From the IMG/VR virus record IMGVR_UViG_3300037483_000205: DNA of 63,249 nt. One strand, 5' to 3'. Each line of letters begins with the position of its first letter. Position 1 is the first letter of the stretch. This document shows, piece by piece, positions 58,091 through 63,249 of the stretch. The notes under the pieces are model-generated. The model was given only the letters and a program-made list of their open reading frames with translations, was not told the DNA's origin and searched no databases. Origin of the DNA: a virus. The translations under genes and the position numbers were made by a program.

Positions 58091-58828
58091 TTACGCCGAA
58101 GCAGGTTGGCTGACTTGGGCCGCATCGATCGTCGTAGTGGCGCCGACCGCAACAGTAAGGCTCGACATGCGAAGTTCTCCAGTACCTACACCGCAGACGC
58201 CGTCAAACCGCTCGGCGGTCGAAGAAGCTCCGGTCACATAAGCGTTGCTGTAGCATCTGAACCACCCAGCAGTTCCTGCGGCAAGACCGACACCGCTCCA
58301 GACCTCGGAAGTCTCTTTGGCGGAGACGCCGGAAGCTGCATCGGCAAGGTTCAGGCCGTTGGTAGCGGTCCCGCCGGCAAACGCGCCAGAGGCTACGGTA
58401 ATCTGCAGTAACTTGGTCCCGGACTCGGTAAGGTCGGCGGTGGCCGGCTGTGTGCCGGTGTAAACATCAATTACGCAGTTACGGAAAATCTCGTCAAGTG
58501 AACCGCCATTCATGCCTGCGGCAACGATAACCTGGTCGCCTGCGATCTCGGTAGAGAGCGAGCCGGCGGGTATTTCCAAGTAACCTGCGGCTACGGCGGA
58601 TACTTTCACTCCAGCGACGTTGTTCGATGTCGACCCGGCGACACCGATGTAGTCCCCTGCGATGTAACCTGCTGATACAAATCCGTTACCAGAATCAGTG
58701 ATTCGATCGGTGCCACCAGTGCCAGTGCCATCTTCGAACGCGAAGGTTGTCCCGGTGATCATTTTGGTCGGGTATGAATGTTTGCTGACCATCGAATTTC
58801 TTGAGCCTGTAGACAGTCTTAGAGCCAT
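58091..58828 (-). CDS. Hypothetical Gly/Ala/Thr-rich virion protein (245 aa)
   Basis: SD AGAGGAA. No family recognised. Confidence 0.75.
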   Translation of the reverse strand: MALRLSTGSRNSMVSKHSYPTKMITGTTFAFEDGTGTGGTDRITDSGNGFVSAGYIAGDYIGVAGSTSNNVAGVKVSAVAAGYLEIPAGSLSTEIAGDQVIVAAGMNGGSLDEIFRNCVIDVYTGTQPATADLTESGTKLLQITVASGAFAGGTATNGLNLADAASGVSAKETSEVWSGVGLAAGTAGWFRCYSNAYVTGASSTAERFDGVCGVGTGELRMSSLTVAVGATTTIDAAQVSQPASA

Positions 58829-58876
58829 AATAAAATTCCTCTTGTGTTATCGGTTAACGTGTGGTACCCTGTTAGC

Positions 58877-59611
58877 ATGAATATACTACGCCCATGCATA
58901 ACTTGCGGTACCTTGATCCAAATCAACACCCGCAACCTCAACAGTCACAAGTGGTGTTCTCCGGAGTGCGCCTTCAAAACCAAGGTTCCTAAAGGCTCCC
59001 CGGATGAATGTTGGCAGTGGTCCTATACCTTGAGTAGCTCCGGGTACGGACGTGTCAAGTTCAGACGGAAAAACTACCAGGCCCATAGAATCGCGTACAC
59101 TCTGGCGTGCGGACCTATCCCTGATGGACTGCTTGTTTGTCATACGTGTGACAACCCAAAATGCGTAAATCCTTCGCACATGTTCCTCGGAACTCCGGCG
59201 GACAATATGCGAGACAAGATGCAAAAAGGTAGACATGTTGTCAAACACGGAGAAAGTAATATCCGCGCCAAAATTACAGAGCGGCAAGTAAAAGAAATCC
59301 TTGACCGACTTAACAAAGGCGAAAAGCAACGCGTTGTGGCAACGATATACGGAGTCTCGCAGTCTACAGTCTCGGCTATAAAGCAAGGAGTTAATTGGAA
59401 GCACATGCCTCCGGATGCCATTACTCTCCGCAGTAGGAAGAATCGCGGACAAAGCTGCACACTTACGCAGGACTCTGTTGAAGAAATAAAGAGGCAGCTG
59501 CATGCTGGAATCAAGCAAGTTGATATAGCCAGACAATTCAAGATGTCCAAATCTGCTATATCGTGTATAAAGCTGGGGAAAACTTGGAAACATATCAAGG
59601 CTCCATCATAA
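58877..59611 (+). CDS. Free-standing HNH homing endonuclease (HNH_3 type) with two C-terminal HTH modules
   Basis: SSSGYGRVKF..YQAHRIAY......LLVCHTCDNPKCVNPSHMFLGTPADNMRDK, then GEKQRVVATIYGVSQSTVSAIKQGVNWKH and GIKQVDIARQFKMSKSAISCIKLGKTWKH. The only plus-strand gene in the minus arm. Confidence 0.85.
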   Translation: MNILRPCITCGTLIQINTRNLNSHKWCSPECAFKTKVPKGSPDECWQWSYTLSSSGYGRVKFRRKNYQAHRIAYTLACGPIPDGLLVCHTCDNPKCVNPSHMFLGTPADNMRDKMQKGRHVVKHGESNIRAKITERQVKEILDRLNKGEKQRVVATIYGVSQSTVSAIKQGVNWKHMPPDAITLRSRKNRGQSCTLTQDSVEEIKRQLHAGIKQVDIARQFKMSKSAISCIKLGKTWKHIKAPS

Positions 59612-60503
59612 CTATGTACCGACTGTCAACAATCGCAGCGCTTGCGTACCGTCCTGCTGGGAAAATAAGTTTATTGTATGTGTGGTTGGTAAATGTGCCG
59701 TCCTCGCTGCCGGAGCAGATACCTTGCGGCGTGGTGAAAATTACTGACTTCGGCCCGCCCATCTTCTCGGCAGGGCACCAGACTGAAGATCCTTCGATAA
59801 CGCCGAACGAAGCCTTCTCCTCTCTTCTCAGCTTCCGCCACTCCGACCCTCGGTAAAAGAGGACCTGAGTTGTCGTCCCAACCCACAGGCCGGCAGGCGT
59901 AGGCTGCAGCATCGTCACCCTGTTCGGGAACAGCTTCATGTCGCCGTGCAGATCATAGACTCCATAAAAGGAAGGAACCGAGGCGAAGACTACATCGTCT
60001 TTCGCGATCAAAGCCCTGCCTGCGAACCAGCTTACCAAGTGGCCTGTCGGCGGGTTGGAAAAGACCGTCTTCGGATTTCCGGGCGCGGTGAACGTGCCCT
60101 TCTGCCAGGTGTAATCTACGCCTTTGAAGACGTAGCCTTTCTCGTATCCGTTGGTGTAATAAATCCTCCCGGCTATCGGCTGATATCGCATCCTGGCGCC
60201 AAGTGTCAGGCCGGTGCGAACTACGGTTCGCGAGTAGTCGGGAAGAAGCTGATATAATTCGGTACCGGCAACATACAGGCAGGTCTCTCCAGTGGAGAAG
60301 GCGCACCTTGAAGCTTCCGCCCGCTTCGCGGTAGAGCGTCCGAGCCGGCTCGAAGGACGACCTGAGTTGTCGACATTCATGTTGACCAGTTGGGCAAGCT
60401 CAGTAACTCCGGTCTTCAGGTCGTAACTCAGCCGTACAGGGTCGAGTGCGTTATTCAGCCCCGTTGTAGCTTTGAAGATCGGTATGAACTTTGCCTGCGC
60501 CAT
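59595..60503 (-). CDS. Hypothetical tail or virion protein (302 aa)
   Basis: The start lies 1 nt after the upstream stop. Its 3' end overlaps the HNH gene's 3' end by 17 nt. Confidence 0.75.
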   Translation of the reverse strand: MAQAKFIPIFKATTGLNNALDPVRLSYDLKTGVTELAQLVNMNVDNSGRPSSRLGRSTAKRAEASRCAFSTGETCLYVAGTELYQLLPDYSRTVVRTGLTLGARMRYQPIAGRIYYTNGYEKGYVFKGVDYTWQKGTFTAPGNPKTVFSNPPTGHLVSWFAGRALIAKDDVVFASVPSFYGVYDLHGDMKLFPNRVTMLQPTPAGLWVGTTTQVLFYRGSEWRKLRREEKASFGVIEGSSVWCPAEKMGGPKSVIFTTPQGICSGSEDGTFTNHTYNKLIFPAGRYASAAIVDSRYIVMMEP

Positions 60504-60504
60504 G

Positions 60505-61191
60505 TTACGTCCTGTAGGCCGGGTTGGACCCTATTCTAGTTTCTAGATTATGGAATCTTCTGAACGCAGAGCGCCCGTCCATGACGTACTCGTTGAAGGC
60601 GCCAAGATGATCTCTTGCCTTAACCGGGTCCTGAGCTTCCATGTCGTGATGATTGAACGCCTTGTACGCCGCCCACTCAATACATGCTCGCTGGAACCGA
60701 GCTGGAAGCTCGGGAGTAGCTGCTACGCCTTCGACTGCTCCATCCCCGGCGAGATCGTACCTGCTATATCTCCAGACATGGAGGTTGAGAGTAAGGCCGT
60801 TTTCCGCTGAAGTCGGCGTCGGCGCCAGCTTGATAAAGCCGGTTGTCTGATCAGTCTGCCACTGGTTCGGCATCCCGGTCGCGGTCTCATTGAAGTCGAC
60901 AGGCCACTCGTCGGGCTCGCTGATTGAGTCTTGCAAGACCTTCCCGAGTCGCTTCGTTCCATACCAGATATTCATTATCTGAATGGCTCTGGCCGGAATG
61001 GCGTAGAGCGCCGTGTTCGTGACGAGCGCTAGCGTGTAATTCGTTATGTCGACGAAGAACCCAGTCTCTTCGCAGAACTTATCCTGCCCTTCGGCAAGGT
61101 AGGCGAGGAGCCTTGCATCGCTCCATGCTCCGTTCGAAGTCTCGCTGTTGAGGACTTCGAGGAGTTCTGCCAACATTTCGGCGCGGGTCAT
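60505..61191 (-). CDS. Hypothetical virion protein (228 aa; possible head-tail adaptor)
   Basis: The ATG at 61191 overlaps the upstream stop (ATGA). The adaptor idea rests on position only. Confidence 0.7.
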   Translation of the reverse strand: MTRAEMLAELLEVLNSETSNGAWSDARLLAYLAEGQDKFCEETGFFVDITNYTLALVTNTALYAIPARAIQIMNIWYGTKRLGKVLQDSISEPDEWPVDFNETATGMPNQWQTDQTTGFIKLAPTPTSAENGLTLNLHVWRYSRYDLAGDGAVEGVAATPELPARFQRACIEWAAYKAFNHHDMEAQDPVKARDHLGAFNEYVMDGRSAFRRFHNLETRIGSNPAYRT

Positions 61192-61502
61192 ACTCGCTTC
61201 GCTCCTTCGGAGGCTGCTTTGCCGAACCAATGTTCGCCTTCTACTTCGTTAGCCTTGCGTCGTAAAACGCCGGCAAAGTCGTCCGCTACGTCTGAATGCC
61301 TCCACCGTTTTATTTTTTCTGTGTCCTTAGTATTAGTACAGGGCAACGGCCAGTAATAATACGGACCATTAACAATGTCAGTATGCCACGCCTTCGCATA
61401 CGCCTTTACCCCTCGCCAAATATTTCTGGGAGCTACCCAGTAAATATACCTGAGTAACTGCCAGACGAATTTCAATTCGCTCATACTTATGCCCTCCGCC
61501 AT
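61188..61502 (-). CDS. Hypothetical Trp-rich protein (104 aa)
   Basis: SD GGAGGG. Confidence 0.65.
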   Translation of the reverse strand: MAEGISMSELKFVWQLLRYIYWVAPRNIWRGVKAYAKAWHTDIVNGPYYYWPLPCTNTKDTEKIKRWRHSDVADDFAGVLRRKANEVEGEHWFGKAASEGAKRV

Positions 61503-61909
61503 GGGATTGCAGAGAAGCTCCGTTTGACCTCTTCGAGTTCTCCGGTCATCGGGTTCTGCTTCTGCTCGATATGTGTAGCCTTAGCAAGCTCAAGAACGTG
61601 GACCACCTCCGGCGGGACTTCGACCGGGACACCTCGTTTAATCTGATAGACAACGCCGTTGACCCCGACGGCCTCATAGTTGTCTTTGCAACCGGCCATC
61701 TCATCAATGATGATCTTGATCTTCTTGGTCTTCTCGTCAATGCGAACGGCGCCCATCGGCTCGTCGAGTTCTTCCTCGGTCGCAGCCATGATCCTGTCGA
61801 TCATCTCCTGTTTCTTGGCAGAGATTGCGGCCTTGACAGGCTTCCTGCTTTTCTTCTCCGGCTCTGCCGGCACGTTCAGGTCAACTTCTACTTCAAATTC
61901 GTCATTCAT
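61487..61909 (-). CDS. Hypothetical protein (140 aa)
   Basis: SD GGAGGAG. Confidence 0.75.
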   Translation of the reverse strand: MNDEFEVEVDLNVPAEPEKKSRKPVKAAISAKKQEMIDRIMAATEEELDEPMGAVRIDEKTKKIKIIIDEMAGCKDNYEAVGVNGVVYQIKRGVPVEVPPEVVHVLELAKATHIEQKQNPMTGELEEVKRSFSAIPWRRA

Positions 61910-62196
61910 TTATACTCCTCCATTTTATGTTTCTTACTACCTTCCCCTGCAGCTTTGTCGAACGCTGCATCAAACTCGTCCTCTGACTTGTAGTCCATGT
62001 CCAGCATGGGCATGAGCTTCGCCACAAGCGCGCCTACTTCTGCTGCATCTTTGGCGATATATTGTTTCCCGCAGGAGTCACAGCAGCACGACATCTCCAT
62101 CCCTGCTTTCTTCTTGCTGGGCTTGAGCGGTACTGAGCAGGAAACGACGAAACCGTTTTCTGCGGAACTTATCTCCATCATCCTGTTCATATACAT
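61906..62196 (-). CDS. Hypothetical protein (96 aa)
   Basis: SD AAGGAGAA. Confidence 0.7.
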   Translation of the reverse strand: MYMNRMMEISSAENGFVVSCSVPLKPSKKKAGMEMSCCCDSCGKQYIAKDAAEVGALVAKLMPMLDMDYKSEDEFDAAFDKAAGEGSKKHKMEEYK

Positions 62197-62228
62197 CTGG
62201 TGTTCTCCTTGTTGTAGGGTTCAATGAA

Positions 62229-62254
62229 GAGGAGGGTTTTTAAGTCCTCCCCTC
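62229..62254 (-). terminator. Imperfect GC hairpin after the beta-helix protein gene
   Basis: GAGGAGGG-N9-CCTCCCCTC. No clear U-run. Confidence 0.3.
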
Positions 62255-62270
62255 GGTTGAGCCTTACAAA

Positions 62271-63101
62271 TTAATAGGTTGCGAAAGCATTGGCAAAGTT
62301 GGTGTAGACGTTCGGGTTTTCGTCCGTCTCGTACCAGCACCCGATATTAGTAAGCTTATTTGCCCCGTCAACAGTCCAAAGAGACTGAGGAACACCACAG
62401 TTAATGACGGTCAACTCACAAGCAACGGCGCCGACAACGGTCAACCCGCCTACCAACCGATACCCCTTGAACCTGAAACGATCATCGGTGCTTTCAGTAA
62501 TTACTGTGACAAGCCCTTCGATGACCTGGCCGGTTCCGTCTGCATAAACCCGGATTGCATCGCCTGCAGCTCCGCTTCGGTTGATATCGATGGAGGCGTC
62601 CGTAGTGGTGTCGGCGTTGGAGCTGAAATTTTTCAGGAAAAGGTTGATGCGCTTCCCGATAGAGGCGTTATCAACCTGAAGTCCAACCTGGCCGTCCGCG
62701 TGATCGATTGCGATATCTGTGAGGGTGGCTGACCAAGTGCCTGTTGCTGCTGCCGGGTCGATGCCGATAACGTGAGTAACGCTTGCCGCTGAAGAGATTG
62801 TTGCCGTCCCATCAGGGCATATAACCTCCACACCATTTACGTCAGGCCATACAACCGCTGCAGCTTCGTCGTACTCTCCGGAGCCTATAACTACAACCTT
62901 CCGAGTTGTCGTAACAAGGGTAAACGCCTTTGTCAAAGACGCAAACGGAGTAAGCTGGCTGCCGTTGCCGGTAGTATCGCTTCCGTCGACTCCTACGTAT
63001 ATCTTAGTAGTAGGCAGCCCGCCAAAAACTGGAGAGGCCCCAGATGCATTAGTGATCGTCTCCGCGATCACTCGAAGAGTCCTAACTTCTTGTCTGCTCA
63101 T
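62271..63101 (-). CDS. Parallel beta-helix virion protein (276 aa)
   Basis: N-terminal YVGVDGSDTTGNGSQLTPFASLTKA, the pectin-lyase-fold entry motif seen in DUF1565-type proteins. SD GGAGGAG. Confidence 0.7.
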   Translation of the reverse strand: MSRQEVRTLRVIAETITNASGASPVFGGLPTTKIYVGVDGSDTTGNGSQLTPFASLTKAFTLVTTTRKVVVIGSGEYDEAAAVVWPDVNGVEVICPDGTATISSAASVTHVIGIDPAAATGTWSATLTDIAIDHADGQVGLQVDNASIGKRINLFLKNFSSNADTTTDASIDINRSGAAGDAIRVYADGTGQVIEGLVTVITESTDDRFRFKGYRLVGGLTVVGAVACELTVINCGVPQSLWTVDGANKLTNIGCWYETDENPNVYTNFANAFATY

Positions 63102-63122
63102 AATAATCTCCTCCAGGTATTA

Positions 63123-63249
63123 TAAGCCCGCCTGGACGGGCTATCTTTTTAGCGGAACGCTACCCAACGAATAACGTCGGCTGCGGTGTCGCAGATGTCG
63201 GTGCCGAGGGTTACGCCCTCGCCTTTTCCGAGCATGTCGTACAGGCTGG
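63123..63249. repeat. Second copy of the terminal direct repeat (equals 1..127)
   Basis: Exact identity read by eye. Confidence 0.95.

Noticed and set aside
1-63249. Stop-codon reassignment, prompted by the release-factor-like gene plus a tRNA
   Set aside because: Standard-code translation already yields uninterrupted ORFs up to 2291 aa on both arms, with no systematic in-frame TAG, TGA or TAA. The tRNA anticodon is a sense anticodon (UAU), not a suppressor.
1-63249. CRISPR arrays, a diversity-generating retroelement, retron, integrase/attP lysogeny module, or phage RNA polymerase
   Set aside because: No regularly spaced repeats, reverse-transcriptase motifs, tyrosine or serine recombinase motifs, or single-subunit RNAP motifs were seen in any long ORF. 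All recognisable promoters are host sigma70-type. Absence is judged by eye only.

Overview
The window appears to be one complete tailed-phage genome. Bases 1-127 are identical to 63123-63249, so the unit length is 63,122 bp and the ends are a circular or terminally redundant overlap. I found no rRNA, CRISPR array, integrase, reverse transcriptase or phage RNA polymerase.

The genome has two arms that diverge at about 15.1-15.5 kb and converge on a shared hairpin at about 44.09 kb.

1. Minus-strand arm (15053 down to 27, continuing across the junction from 63101 down to 44093). It starts with a short early operon that includes a stand-alone GGQ release-factor-like protein. It then carries a beta-helix tailspike, a lipoprotein and lysis cluster (GH108 endolysin), a metallophosphoesterase, the large terminase, portal, scaffold and an N4-gp56-like major capsid protein. 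Across the junction come about 14 virion and tail genes, ending in a 2291-aa polyvalent virion protein with two HExxH motifs and an ART-like domain. One HNH homing endonuclease sits on the opposite strand inside this block.

2. Plus-strand arm (15460 to 44084). It contains about 65 tightly packed genes, many translationally coupled by ATGA overlaps. They include many small early ORFs and four XRE-type HTH domains. The replication set is a family A DNA polymerase, a Cas4-like nuclease, a Pol-beta-type nucleotidyltransferase, a DHH/DHHA1 phosphoesterase, a VRR-NUC-like nuclease, a SNF2 helicase and an AEP primase-SF3 helicase. The SNF2 P-loop is split by a 327-aa LAGLIDADG intein. The arm also carries a radical SAM enzyme, a tRNA (anticodon UAU), an Hc1-like histone-like protein and ThyX.

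All promoters I can recognise are host sigma70-type.

The candidates I rate highest for further work are:
- the GGQ-protein early operon, possibly acting together with the tRNA, nucleotidyltransferase and DHH genes
- the polyvalent injected protein
- the helicase intein
- the palindromic operator array with interleaved inverted repeats at 18.0-18.6 kb
- the twin 45-nt promoters with structured RNA products

All family assignments come from motifs read by eye. No database search was possible.
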